A stretch of 38,432 nt of DNA from Escherichia phage T7. How positions within the stretch are numbered: position 1 is the first letter of the stretch; each line of letters starts with the position of its first letter. Position numbers and translations under genes: made by a program. Below the pieces are notes generated by a model. That model worked only from the letters and a program-made list of their open reading frames with translations. It searched no databases and was not told where the DNA came from. The stretch lies in sequence record PV223882; one strand, written 5' to 3'. Shown one piece after another: positions 29,090 to 38,432 of the stretch.

Positions 29090-32000
29090 ATGGATAAGTA
29101 CGATAAGAACGTACCAAGTGATTATGATGGTCTGTTCCAAAAGGCTGCTGATGCCAACGGGGTCTCTTATGACCTTTTACGTAAAGTCGCTTGGACAGAA
29201 TCACGATTTGTGCCTACAGCAAAATCTAAGACTGGACCATTAGGCATGATGCAATTTACCAAGGCAACCGCTAAGGCCCTCGGTCTGCGAGTTACCGATG
29301 GTCCAGACGACGACCGACTGAACCCTGAGTTAGCTATTAATGCTGCCGCTAAGCAACTTGCAGGTCTGGTAGGGAAGTTTGATGGCGATGAACTCAAAGC
29401 TGCCCTTGCGTACAACCAAGGCGAGGGACGCTTGGGTAATCCACAACTTGAGGCGTACTCTAAGGGAGACTTCGCATCAATCTCTGAGGAGGGACGTAAC
29501 TACATGCGTAACCTTCTGGATGTTGCTAAGTCACCTATGGCTGGACAGTTGGAAACTTTTGGTGGCATAACCCCAAAGGGTAAAGGCATTCCGGCTGAGG
29601 TAGGATTGGCTGGAATTGGTCACAAGCAGAAAGTAACACAGGAACTTCCTGAGTCCACAAGTTTTGACGTTAAGGGTATCGAACAGGAGGCTACGGCGAA
29701 ACCATTCGCCAAGGACTTTTGGGAGACCCACGGAGAAACACTTGACGAGTACAACAGTCGTTCAACCTTCTTCGGATTCAAAAATGCTGCCGAAGCTGAA
29801 CTCTCCAACTCAGTCGCTGGGATGGCTTTCCGTGCTGGTCGTCTCGATAATGGTTTTGATGTGTTTAAAGACACCATTACGCCGACTCGCTGGAACTCTC
29901 ACATCTGGACTCCAGAGGAGTTAGAGAAGATTCGAACAGAGGTTAAGAACCCTGCGTACATCAACGTTGTAACTGGTGGTTCCCCTGAGAACCTCGATGA
30001 CCTCATTAAATTGGCTAACGAGAACTTTGAGAATGACTCCCGCGCTGCCGAGGCTGGCCTAGGTGCCAAACTGAGTGCTGGTATTATTGGTGCTGGTGTG
30101 GACCCGCTTAGCTATGTTCCTATGGTCGGTGTCACTGGTAAGGGCTTTAAGTTAATCAATAAGGCTCTTGTAGTTGGTGCCGAAAGTGCTGCTCTGAACG
30201 TTGCATCCGAAGGTCTCCGTACCTCCGTAGCTGGTGGTGACGCAGACTATGCGGGTGCTGCCTTAGGTGGCTTTGTGTTTGGCGCTGGCATGTCTGCAAT
30301 CAGTGACGCTGTAGCTGCTGGACTGAAACGCAGTAAACCAGAAGCTGAGTTCGACAATGAGTTCATCGGTCCTATGATGCGATTGGAAGCCCGTGAGACA
30401 GCACGAAACGCCAACTCTGCGGACCTCTCTCGGATGAACACTGAGAACATGAAGTTTGAAGGTGAACATAATGGTGTCCCTTATGAGGACTTACCAACAG
30501 AGAGAGGTGCCGTGGTGTTACATGATGGCTCCGTTCTAAGTGCAAGCAACCCAATCAACCCTAAGACTCTAAAAGAGTTCTCCGAGGTTGACCCTGAGAA
30601 GGCTGCGCGAGGAATCAAACTGGCTGGGTTCACCGAGATTGGCTTGAAGACCTTGGGGTCTGACGATGCTGACATCCGTAGAGTGGCTATCGACCTCGTT
30701 CGCTCTCCTACTGGTATGCAGTCTGGTGCCTCAGGTAAGTTCGGTGCAACAGCTTCTGACATCCATGAGAGACTTCATGGTACTGACCAGCGTACTTATA
30801 ATGACTTGTACAAAGCAATGTCTGACGCTATGAAAGACCCTGAGTTCTCTACTGGCGGCGCTAAGATGTCCCGTGAAGAAACTCGATACACTATCTACCG
30901 TAGAGCGGCACTAGCTATTGAGCGTCCAGAACTACAGAAGGCACTCACTCCGTCTGAGAGAATCGTTATGGACATCATTAAGCGTCACTTTGACACCAAG
31001 CGTGAACTTATGGAAAACCCAGCAATATTCGGTAACACAAAGGCTGTGAGTATCTTCCCTGAGAGTCGCCACAAAGGTACTTACGTTCCTCACGTATATG
31101 ACCGTCATGCCAAGGCGCTGATGATTCAACGCTACGGTGCCGAAGGTTTGCAGGAAGGGATTGCCCGCTCATGGATGAACAGCTACGTCTCCAGACCTGA
31201 GGTCAAGGCCAGAGTCGATGAGATGCTTAAGGAATTACACGGGGTGAAGGAAGTAACACCAGAGATGGTAGAGAAGTACGCTATGGATAAGGCTTATGGT
31301 ATCTCCCACTCAGACCAGTTCACCAACAGTTCCATAATAGAAGAGAACATTGAGGGCTTAGTAGGTATCGAGAATAACTCATTCCTTGAGGCACGTAACT
31401 TGTTTGATTCGGACCTATCCATCACTATGCCAGACGGACAGCAATTCTCAGTGAATGACCTAAGGGACTTCGATATGTTCCGCATCATGCCAGCGTATGA
31501 CCGCCGTGTCAATGGTGACATCGCCATCATGGGGTCTACTGGTAAAACCACTAAGGAACTTAAGGATGAGATTTTGGCTCTCAAAGCGAAAGCTGAGGGA
31601 GACGGTAAGAAGACTGGCGAGGTACATGCTTTAATGGATACCGTTAAGATTCTTACTGGTCGTGCTAGACGCAATCAGGACACTGTGTGGGAAACCTCAC
31701 TGCGTGCCATCAATGACCTAGGGTTCTTCGCTAAGAACGCCTACATGGGTGCTCAGAACATTACGGAGATTGCTGGGATGATTGTCACTGGTAACGTTCG
31801 TGCTCTAGGGCATGGTATCCCAATTCTGCGTGATACACTCTACAAGTCTAAACCAGTTTCAGCTAAGGAACTCAAGGAACTCCATGCGTCTCTGTTCGGG
31901 AAGGAGGTGGACCAGTTGATTCGGCCTAAACGTGCTGACATTGTGCAGCGCCTAAGGGAAGCAACTGATACCGGACCTGCCGTGGCGAACATCGTAGGGA

Positions 32001-33046
32001 CCTTGAAGTATTCAACACAGGAACTGGCTGCTCGCTCTCCGTGGACTAAGCTACTGAACGGAACCACTAACTACCTTCTGGATGCTGCGCGTCAAGGTAT
32101 GCTTGGGGATGTTATTAGTGCCACCCTAACAGGTAAGACTACCCGCTGGGAGAAAGAAGGCTTCCTTCGTGGTGCCTCCGTAACTCCTGAGCAGATGGCT
32201 GGCATCAAGTCTCTCATCAAGGAACATATGGTACGCGGTGAGGACGGGAAGTTTACCGTTAAGGACAAGCAAGCGTTCTCTATGGACCCACGGGCTATGG
32301 ACTTATGGAGACTGGCTGACAAGGTAGCTGATGAGGCAATGCTGCGTCCACATAAGGTGTCCTTACAGGATTCCCATGCGTTCGGAGCACTAGGTAAGAT
32401 GGTTATGCAGTTTAAGTCTTTCACTATCAAGTCCCTTAACTCTAAGTTCCTGCGAACCTTCTATGATGGATACAAGAACAACCGAGCGATTGACGCTGCG
32501 CTGAGCATCATCACCTCTATGGGTCTCGCTGGTGGTTTCTATGCTATGGCTGCACACGTCAAAGCATACGCTCTGCCTAAGGAGAAACGTAAGGAGTACT
32601 TGGAGCGTGCACTGGACCCAACCATGATTGCCCACGCTGCGTTATCTCGTAGTTCTCAATTGGGTGCTCCTTTGGCTATGGTTGACCTAGTTGGTGGTGT
32701 TTTAGGGTTCGAGTCCTCCAAGATGGCTCGCTCTACGATTCTACCTAAGGACACCGTGAAGGAACGTGACCCAAACAAACCGTACACCTCTAGAGAGGTA
32801 ATGGGCGCTATGGGTTCAAACCTTCTGGAACAGATGCCTTCGGCTGGCTTTGTGGCTAACGTAGGGGCTACCTTAATGAATGCTGCTGGCGTGGTCAACT
32901 CACCTAATAAAGCAACCGAGCAGGACTTCATGACTGGTCTTATGAACTCCACAAAAGAGTTAGTACCGAACGACCCATTGACTCAACAGCTTGTGTTGAA
33001 GATTTATGAGGCGAACGGTGTTAACTTGAGGGAGCGTAGGAAATAA
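29090..33046 (+). CDS. 16: Internal core protein gp16 with N-terminal lytic transglycosylase domain
   Basis: 1318-aa ORF; N-terminus contains an SLT-like segment (...VAWTESRF...GLMQF...). Confidence 0.96.
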   Translation: MDKYDKNVPSDYDGLFQKAADANGVSYDLLRKVAWTESRFVPTAKSKTGPLGMMQFTKATAKALGLRVTDGPDDDRLNPELAINAAAKQLAGLVGKFDGDELKAALAYNQGEGRLGNPQLEAYSKGDFASISEEGRNYMRNLLDVAKSPMAGQLETFGGITPKGKGIPAEVGLAGIGHKQKVTQELPESTSFDVKGIEQEATAKPFAKDFWETHGETLDEYNSRSTFFGFKNAAEAELSNSVAGMAFRAGRLDNGFDVFKDTITPTRWNSHIWTPEELEKIRTEVKNPAYINVVTGGSPENLDDLIKLANENFENDSRAAEAGLGAKLSAGIIGAGVDPLSYVPMVGVTGKGFKLINKALVVGAESAALNVASEGLRTSVAGGDADYAGAALGGFVFGAGMSAISDAVAAGLKRSKPEAEFDNEFIGPMMRLEARETARNANSADLSRMNTENMKFEGEHNGVPYEDLPTERGAVVLHDGSVLSASNPINPKTLKEFSEVDPEKAARGIKLAGFTEIGLKTLGSDDADIRRVAIDLVRSPTGMQSGASGKFGATASDIHERLHGTDQRTYNDLYKAMSDAMKDPEFSTGGAKMSREETRYTIYRRAALAIERPELQKALTPSERIVMDIIKRHFDTKRELMENPAIFGNTKAVSIFPESRHKGTYVPHVYDRHAKALMIQRYGAEGLQEGIARSWMNSYVSRPEVKARVDEMLKELHGVKEVTPEMVEKYAMDKAYGISHSDQFTNSSIIEENIEGLVGIENNSFLEARNLFDSDLSITMPDGQQFSVNDLRDFDMFRIMPAYDRRVNGDIAIMGSTGKTTKELKDEILALKAKAEGDGKKTGEVHALMDTVKILTGRARRNQDTVWETSLRAINDLGFFAKNAYMGAQNITEIAGMIVTGNVRALGHGIPILRDTLYKSKPVSAKELKELHASLFGKEVDQLIRPKRADIVQRLREATDTGPAVANIVGTLKYSTQELAARSPWTKLLNGTTNYLLDAARQGMLGDVISATLTGKTTRWEKEGFLRGASVTPEQMAGIKSLIKEHMVRGEDGKFTVKDKQAFSMDPRAMDLWRLADKVADEAMLRPHKVSLQDSHAFGALGKMVMQFKSFTIKSLNSKFLRTFYDGYKNNRAIDAALSIITSMGLAGGFYAMAAHVKAYALPKEKRKEYLERALDPTMIAHAALSRSSQLGAPLAMVDLVGGVLGFESSKMARSTILPKDTVKERDPNKPYTSREVMGAMGSNLLEQMPSAGFVANVGATLMNAAGVVNSPNKATEQDFMTGLMNSTKELVPNDPLTQQLVLKIYEANGVNLRERRK

Positions 33047-33066
33047 TACGACTCACTATAGGGAGA
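33044..33066 (+). promoter_or_regulatory. T7 class III promoter phi17
   Basis: taatacgactcactatagggagagg. Confidence 0.9.
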
Positions 33067-33118
33067 GGCGAAATAATCTTCTCCCTGTAGTCTCTTAGAT
33101 TTACTTTAAGGAGGTCAA

Positions 33119-34780
33119 ATGGCTAACGTAATTAAAACCGTTTTGACTTACCAGTTAGATGGCTCCAATCGTGATTTTAATATCCCGTTTGAGTATCTAG
33201 CCCGTAAGTTCGTAGTGGTAACTCTTATTGGTGTAGACCGAAAGGTCCTTACGATTAATACAGACTATCGCTTTGCTACACGTACTACTATCTCTCTGAC
33301 AAAGGCTTGGGGTCCAGCCGATGGCTACACGACCATCGAGTTACGTCGAGTAACCTCCACTACCGACCGATTGGTTGACTTTACGGATGGTTCAATCCTC
33401 CGCGCGTATGACCTTAACGTCGCTCAGATTCAAACGATGCACGTAGCGGAAGAGGCCCGTGACCTCACTGCGGATACTATCGGTGTCAATAACGATGGTC
33501 ACTTGGATGCTCGTGGTCGTCGAATTGTGAACCTAGCGAACGCCGTGGATGACCGCGATGCTGTTCCGTTTGGTCAACTAAAGACCATGAACCAGAACTC
33601 ATGGCAAGCACGTAATGAAGCCTTACAGTTCCGTAATGAGGCTGAGACTTTCAGAAACCAAGCGGAGGGCTTTAAGAACGAGTCCAGTACCAACGCTACG
33701 AACACAAAGCAGTGGCGCGATGAGACCAAGGGTTTCCGAGACGAAGCCGAGCAGTTCAAGAATACGGCTGGTCAATACGCTACATCTGCTGGGAACTCTG
33801 CTTCCGCTGCGCATCAATCTGAGGTAAACGCTGAGAACTCTGCCACAGCATCCGCTAACTCTGCTCATTTGGCAGAACAGCAAGCAGACCGTGCGGAACG
33901 TGAGGCAGACAAGCTGGAAAATTACAATGGATTGGCTGGTGCAATTGATAAGGTAGATGGAACCAATGTGTACTGGAAAGGAAATATTCACGCTAACGGG
34001 CGCCTTTACATGACCACAAACGGTTTTGACTGTGGCCAGTATCAACAGTTCTTTGGTGGTGTCACTAATCGTTACTCTGTCATGGAGTGGGGAGATGAGA
34101 ACGGATGGCTGATGTATGTTCAACGTAGAGAGTGGACAACAGCGATAGGCGGTAACATCCAGTTAGTAGTAAACGGACAGATCATCACCCAAGGTGGAGC
34201 CATGACCGGTCAGCTAAAATTGCAGAATGGGCATGTTCTTCAATTAGAGTCCGCATCCGACAAGGCGCACTATATTCTATCTAAAGATGGTAACAGGAAT
34301 AACTGGTACATTGGTAGAGGGTCAGATAACAACAATGACTGTACCTTCCACTCCTATGTACATGGTACGACCTTAACACTCAAGCAGGACTATGCAGTAG
34401 TTAACAAACACTTCCACGTAGGTCAGGCCGTTGTGGCCACTGATGGTAATATTCAAGGTACTAAGTGGGGAGGTAAATGGCTGGATGCTTACCTACGTGA
34501 CAGCTTCGTTGCGAAGTCCAAGGCGTGGACTCAGGTGTGGTCTGGTAGTGCTGGCGGTGGGGTAAGTGTGACTGTTTCACAGGATCTCCGCTTCCGCAAT
34601 ATCTGGATTAAGTGTGCCAACAACTCTTGGAACTTCTTCCGTACTGGCCCCGATGGAATCTACTTCATAGCCTCTGATGGTGGATGGTTACGATTCCAAA
34701 TACACTCCAACGGTCTCGGATTCAAGAATATTGCAGACAGTCGTTCAGTACCTAATGCAATCATGGTGGAGAACGAGTAA
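33119..34780 (+). CDS. 17: Tail fiber protein gp17
   Basis: 553-aa ORF MANVIKTVLTYQLDGSNRDFNIPFEYLARKFVVVTLIG... Confidence 0.97.
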   Translation: MANVIKTVLTYQLDGSNRDFNIPFEYLARKFVVVTLIGVDRKVLTINTDYRFATRTTISLTKAWGPADGYTTIELRRVTSTTDRLVDFTDGSILRAYDLNVAQIQTMHVAEEARDLTADTIGVNNDGHLDARGRRIVNLANAVDDRDAVPFGQLKTMNQNSWQARNEALQFRNEAETFRNQAEGFKNESSTNATNTKQWRDETKGFRDEAEQFKNTAGQYATSAGNSASAAHQSEVNAENSATASANSAHLAEQQADRAEREADKLENYNGLAGAIDKVDGTNVYWKGNIHANGRLYMTTNGFDCGQYQQFFGGVTNRYSVMEWGDENGWLMYVQRREWTTAIGGNIQLVVNGQIITQGGAMTGQLKLQNGHVLQLESASDKAHYILSKDGNRNNWYIGRGSDNNNDCTFHSYVHGTTLTLKQDYAVVNKHFHVGQAVVATDGNIQGTKWGGKWLDAYLRDSFVAKSKAWTQVWSGSAGGGVSVTVSQDLRFRNIWIKCANNSWNFFRTGPDGIYFIASDGGWLRFQIHSNGLGFKNIADSRSVPNAIMVENE

Positions 34781-34838
34781 TTGGTAAATCACAAGGAAAG
34801 ACGTGTAGTCCACGGATGGACTCTCAAGGAGGTACAAG

Positions 34839-35042
34839 GTGCTATCATTAGACTTTAACAACGAATTGATTAAGGCTGCTCCAATTGTTGGGACGGGTGT
34901 AGCAGATGTTAGTGCTCGACTGTTCTTTGGGTTAAGCCTTAACGAATGGTTCTACGTTGCTGCTATCGCCTACACAGTGGTTCAGATTGGTGCCAAGGTA
35001 GTCGATAAGATGATTGACTGGAAGAAAGCCAATAAGGAGTGA
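34839..35042 (+). CDS. 17.5: Holin gp17.5
   Basis: 67-aa ORF with a hydrophobic segment (FFGLSLNEWFYVAAIAYTVVQIGA). Confidence 0.9.
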   Translation: MLSLDFNNELIKAAPIVGTGVADVSARLFFGLSLNEWFYVAAIAYTVVQIGAKVVDKMIDWKKANKE

Positions 35043-35047
35043 TATGT

Positions 35048-35317
35048 ATGGAAAAGGATAAGAGCCTTATTACATTCTTAGAGATGTTGGACACTGCGAT
35101 GGCTCAGCGTATGCTTGCGGACCTTTCGGACCATGAGCGTCGCTCTCCGCAACTCTATAATGCTATTAACAAACTGTTAGACCGCCACAAGTTCCAGATT
35201 GGTAAGTTGCAGCCGGATGTTCACATCTTAGGTGGCCTTGCTGGTGCTCTTGAAGAGTACAAAGAGAAAGTCGGTGATAACGGTCTTACGGATGATGATA
35301 TTTACACATTACAGTGA
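35048..35317 (+). CDS. 18: Terminase small subunit (DNA maturation protein A) gp18
   Basis: 89-aa ORF MEKDKSLITFLEMLDTAMAQRMLADL... Confidence 0.93.
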   Translation: MEKDKSLITFLEMLDTAMAQRMLADLSDHERRSPQLYNAINKLLDRHKFQIGKLQPDVHILGGLAGALEEYKEKVGDNGLTDDDIYTLQ

Positions 35318-35355
35318 TATACTCAAGGCCACTACAGATAGTGGTCTTTATGGAT
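35317..35355 (+). promoter_or_regulatory. Probable RNase III site R18.5
   Basis: actcaaggccactacagatagtggtctttatgga hairpin with the shared motif. Confidence 0.55.
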
Positions 35356-35411
35356 GTCATTGTCTATACGAGATGCTCCTACGTGAAATCTGAAAGTTAA
35401 CGGGAGGCATT

Positions 35412-35843
35412 ATGCTAGAATTTTTACGTAAGCTAATCCCTTGGGTTCTCGCTGGGATGCTATTCGGGTTAGGATGGCATCTAGGGTCAGACTCAATGGA
35501 CGCTAAATGGAAACAGGAGGTACACAATGAGTACGTTAAGAGAGTTGAGGCTGCGAAGAGCACTCAAAGAGCAATCGATGCGGTATCTGCTAAGTATCAA
35601 GAAGACCTTGCCGCGCTGGAAGGGAGCACTGATAGGATTATTTCTGATTTGCGTAGCGACAATAAGCGGTTGCGCGTCAGAGTCAAAACTACCGGAACCT
35701 CCGATGGTCAGTGTGGATTCGAGCCTGATGGTCGAGCCGAACTTGACGACCGAGATGCTAAACGTATTCTCGCAGTGACCCAGAAGGGTGACGCATGGAT
35801 TCGTGCGTTACAGGATACTATTCGTGAACTGCAACGTAAGTAG
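35412..35843 (+). CDS. 18.5: Rz-like i-spanin gp18.5
   Basis: 143-aa ORF with N-terminal TM segment and coiled-coil region. Confidence 0.92.
   Translation: MLEFLRKLIPWVLAGMLFGLGWHLGSDSMDAKWKQEVHNEYVKRVEAAKSTQRAIDAVSAKYQEDLAALEGSTDRIISDLRSDNKRLRVRVKTTGTSDGQCGFEPDGRAELDDRDAKRILAVTQKGDAWIRALQDTIRELQRK
35527..35778 (+). CDS. 18.7: Rz1-like o-spanin gp18.7, embedded in 18.5 in another frame
   Basis: 83-aa ORF with lipobox-like LICVATISGC and Pro-rich tail. Confidence 0.85.
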   Translation: MSTLRELRLRRALKEQSMRYLLSIKKTLPRWKGALIGLFLICVATISGCASESKLPEPPMVSVDSSLMVEPNLTTEMLNVFSQ

Positions 35844-35864
35844 GAAATCAAGTAAGGAGGCAAT

Positions 35865-37625
35865 GTGTCTACTCAATCCAATCGTAATGCGCTCGTAGTG
35901 GCGAAACTGAAAGGAGACTTCGTGGCGTTCCTATTCGTCTTATGGAAGGCGCTAAACCTACCGGTGCCCACTAAGTGTCAGATTGACATGGCTAAGGTGC
36001 TGGCGAATGGAGACAACAAGAAGTTCATCTTACAGGCTTTCCGTGGTATCGGTAAGTCGTTCATCACATGTGCGTTCGTTGTGTGGTCCTTATGGAGAGA
36101 CCCTCAGTTGAAGATACTTATCGTATCAGCCTCTAAGGAGCGTGCAGACGCTAACTCCATCTTTATTAAGAACATCATTGACCTGCTGCCATTCCTATCT
36201 GAGTTAAAGCCAAGACCCGGACAGCGTGACTCGGTAATCAGCTTTGATGTAGGCCCAGCCAATCCTGACCACTCTCCTAGTGTGAAATCAGTAGGTATCA
36301 CTGGTCAGTTAACTGGTAGCCGTGCTGACATTATCATTGCGGATGACGTTGAGATTCCGTCTAACAGCGCAACTATGGGTGCCCGTGAGAAGCTATGGAC
36401 TCTGGTTCAGGAGTTCGCTGCGTTACTTAAACCGCTGCCTTCCTCTCGCGTTATCTACCTTGGTACACCTCAGACAGAGATGACTCTCTATAAGGAACTT
36501 GAGGATAACCGTGGGTACACAACCATTATCTGGCCTGCTCTGTACCCAAGGACACGTGAAGAGAACCTCTATTACTCACAGCGTCTTGCTCCTATGTTAC
36601 GCGCTGAGTACGATGAGAACCCTGAGGCACTTGCTGGGACTCCAACAGACCCAGTGCGCTTTGACCGTGATGACCTGCGCGAGCGTGAGTTGGAATACGG
36701 TAAGGCTGGCTTTACGCTACAGTTCATGCTTAACCCTAACCTTAGTGATGCCGAGAAGTACCCGCTGAGGCTTCGTGACGCTATCGTAGCGGCCTTAGAC
36801 TTAGAGAAGGCCCCAATGCATTACCAGTGGCTTCCGAACCGTCAGAACATCATTGAGGACCTTCCTAACGTTGGCCTTAAGGGTGATGACCTGCATACGT
36901 ACCACGATTGTTCCAACAACTCAGGTCAGTACCAACAGAAGATTCTGGTCATTGACCCTAGTGGTCGCGGTAAGGACGAAACAGGTTACGCTGTGCTGTA
37001 CACACTGAACGGTTACATCTACCTTATGGAAGCTGGAGGTTTCCGTGATGGCTACTCCGATAAGACCCTTGAGTTACTCGCTAAGAAGGCAAAGCAATGG
37101 GGAGTCCAGACGGTTGTCTACGAGAGTAACTTCGGTGACGGTATGTTCGGTAAGGTATTCAGTCCTATCCTTCTTAAACACCACAACTGTGCGATGGAAG
37201 AGATTCGTGCCCGTGGTATGAAAGAGATGCGTATTTGCGATACCCTTGAGCCAGTCATGCAGACTCACCGCCTTGTAATTCGTGATGAGGTCATTAGGGC
37301 CGACTACCAGTCCGCTCGTGACGTAGACGGTAAGCATGACGTTAAGTACTCGTTGTTCTACCAGATGACCCGTATCACTCGTGAGAAAGGCGCTCTGGCT
37401 CATGATGACCGATTGGATGCCCTTGCGTTAGGCATTGAGTATCTCCGTGAGTCCATGCAGTTGGATTCCGTTAAGGTCGAGGGTGAAGTACTTGCTGACT
37501 TCCTTGAGGAACACATGATGCGTCCTACGGTTGCTGCTACGCATATCATTGAGATGTCTGTGGGAGGAGTTGATGTGTACTCTGAGGACGATGAGGGTTA
37601 CGGTACGTCTTTCATTGAGTGGTGA
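35865..37625 (+). CDS. 19: Terminase large subunit (DNA maturation protein B) gp19, GTG start
   Basis: 586-aa [22 protein letters not shown]... preceded by an AAGGAGG RBS. Confidence 0.96.
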   Translation: MSTQSNRNALVVAKLKGDFVAFLFVLWKALNLPVPTKCQIDMAKVLANGDNKKFILQAFRGIGKSFITCAFVVWSLWRDPQLKILIVSASKERADANSIFIKNIIDLLPFLSELKPRPGQRDSVISFDVGPANPDHSPSVKSVGITGQLTGSRADIIIADDVEIPSNSATMGAREKLWTLVQEFAALLKPLPSSRVIYLGTPQTEMTLYKELEDNRGYTTIIWPALYPRTREENLYYSQRLAPMLRAEYDENPEALAGTPTDPVRFDRDDLRERELEYGKAGFTLQFMLNPNLSDAEKYPLRLRDAIVAALDLEKAPMHYQWLPNRQNIIEDLPNVGLKGDDLHTYHDCSNNSGQYQQKILVIDPSGRGKDETGYAVLYTLNGYIYLMEAGGFRDGYSDKTLELLAKKAKQWGVQTVVYESNFGDGMFGKVFSPILLKHHNCAMEEIRARGMKEMRICDTLEPVMQTHRLVIRDEVIRADYQSARDVDGKHDVKYSLFYQMTRITREKGALAHDDRLDALALGIEYLRESMQLDSVKVEGEVLADFLEEHMMRPTVAATHIIEMSVGGVDVYSEDDEGYGTSFIEW

Positions 37626-37706
37626 TTTATGCATTAGGACTGCATAGGGATGCACTATAGACCACGGATGGTCAGTTCTTTAAGTTACTGAAAAGACACG
37701 ATAAAT

Positions 37707-37729
37707 TAATACGACTCACTATAGGGAGA
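37707..37729 (+). promoter_or_regulatory. T7 promoter phiOR (right-end replication promoter)
   Basis: taatacgactcactatagggagagg. Confidence 0.9.
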
Positions 37730-37883
37730 GGAGGGACGAAAGGTTACTATATAGATACTGAATGAATACTTATAGAGTGCATAAAGTATGCATAATGGTG
37801 TACCTAGAGTGACCTCTAAGAATGGTGATTATATTGTATTAGTATCACCTTAACTTAAGGACCAACATAAAGGGAGGAGACTC

Positions 37884-38033
37884 ATGTTCCGCTTATTGTT
37901 GAACCTACTGCGGCATAGAGTCACCTACCGATTTCTTGTGGTACTTTGTGCTGCCCTTGGGTACGCATCTCTTACTGGAGACCTCAGTTCACTGGAGTCT
38001 GTCGTTTGCTCTATACTCACTTGTAGCGATTAG
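37884..38033 (+). CDS. 19.5: Gp19.5 small protein
   Basis: 49-aa ORF MFRLLLNLLRHRVTYRFLVVLCAALGYASLTGDLSSLESVVCSILTCSD after a GGGAGGAG RBS. Confidence 0.85.
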   Translation: MFRLLLNLLRHRVTYRFLVVLCAALGYASLTGDLSSLESVVCSILTCSD

Positions 38034-38099
38034 GGTCTTCCTGACCGACTGATGGCTCACCGAGGGATTCAGCGGTATGATTGCATCACACCACTTCAT

Positions 38100-38265
38100 C
38101 CCTATAGAGTCAAGTCCTAAGGTATACCCATAAAGAGCCTCTAATGGTCTATCCTAAGGTCTATACCTAAAGATAGGCCATCCTATCAGTGTCACCTAAA
38201 GAGGGTCTTAGAGAGGGCCTATGGAGTTCCTATAGGGTCCTTTAAAATATACCATAAAAATCTGA
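38100..38265 (+). repeat. Array of short cctaaag/cctaagg-type repeats next to the right terminal repeat
   Basis: Visible degenerate repeats mirroring the left-end array. Confidence 0.65.
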
Positions 38266-38272
38266 GTGACTA

Positions 38273-38432
38273 TCTCACAGTGTACGGACCTAAAGTTCCC
38301 CCATAGGGGGTACCTAAAGCCCAGCCAATCACCTAAAGTCAACCTTCGGTTGACCTTGAGGGTTCCCTAAGGGTTGGGGATGACCCTTGGGTTTGTCTTT
38401 GGGTGTTACCTTGAGTGTCTCTCTGTGTCCCT
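38273..38432 (+). repeat. Right terminal direct repeat (160 bp), identical to 1..160
   Basis: Exact match to the first 160 bases of the window. Confidence 0.95.

Overview
This window is a complete linear bacteriophage T7 genome (Escherichia coli podovirus), bounded by identical 160-bp terminal repeats (1..160 and 38273..38432). Gene order, the T7 RNA polymerase promoter set and the protein sequences match T7 from gene 0.3 to gene 19.5. It is not wild type and shows no undescribed natural system; instead it looks like a laboratory-engineered, genome-reduced T7 carrying two heterologous endolysin cassettes. Cassette 1 (16288..17874) is a T7 promoter, gene-10 leader and N-terminally His6-tagged ORF that I recognise as the Staphylococcus phage K endolysin LysK, replacing the 3' part of gene 7.7. 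Cassette 2 (21671..22498) is the same promoter and leader driving a C-terminally His6-tagged CHAP-SH3b lysin that I recognise as PlySs2 from Streptococcus suis, inserted directly after the gene 10A stop codon and abolishing normal 10B. The backbone also carries six deletions relative to my recollection of wild-type T7: 0.3 C-terminus to mid-0.7 (about 1.48 kb), gene 1.4 (about 156 bp), gene 1.7 (about 536 bp), gene 3.8 (about 291 bp, in frame), genes 4.3-4.7 (about 1.02 kb) and gene 5.3 (about 338 bp). All identifications and wild-type coordinates come from memory of T7 and of the lysin families, not from any search; deletion sizes are inferred from coordinate offsets and should be confirmed by alignment.
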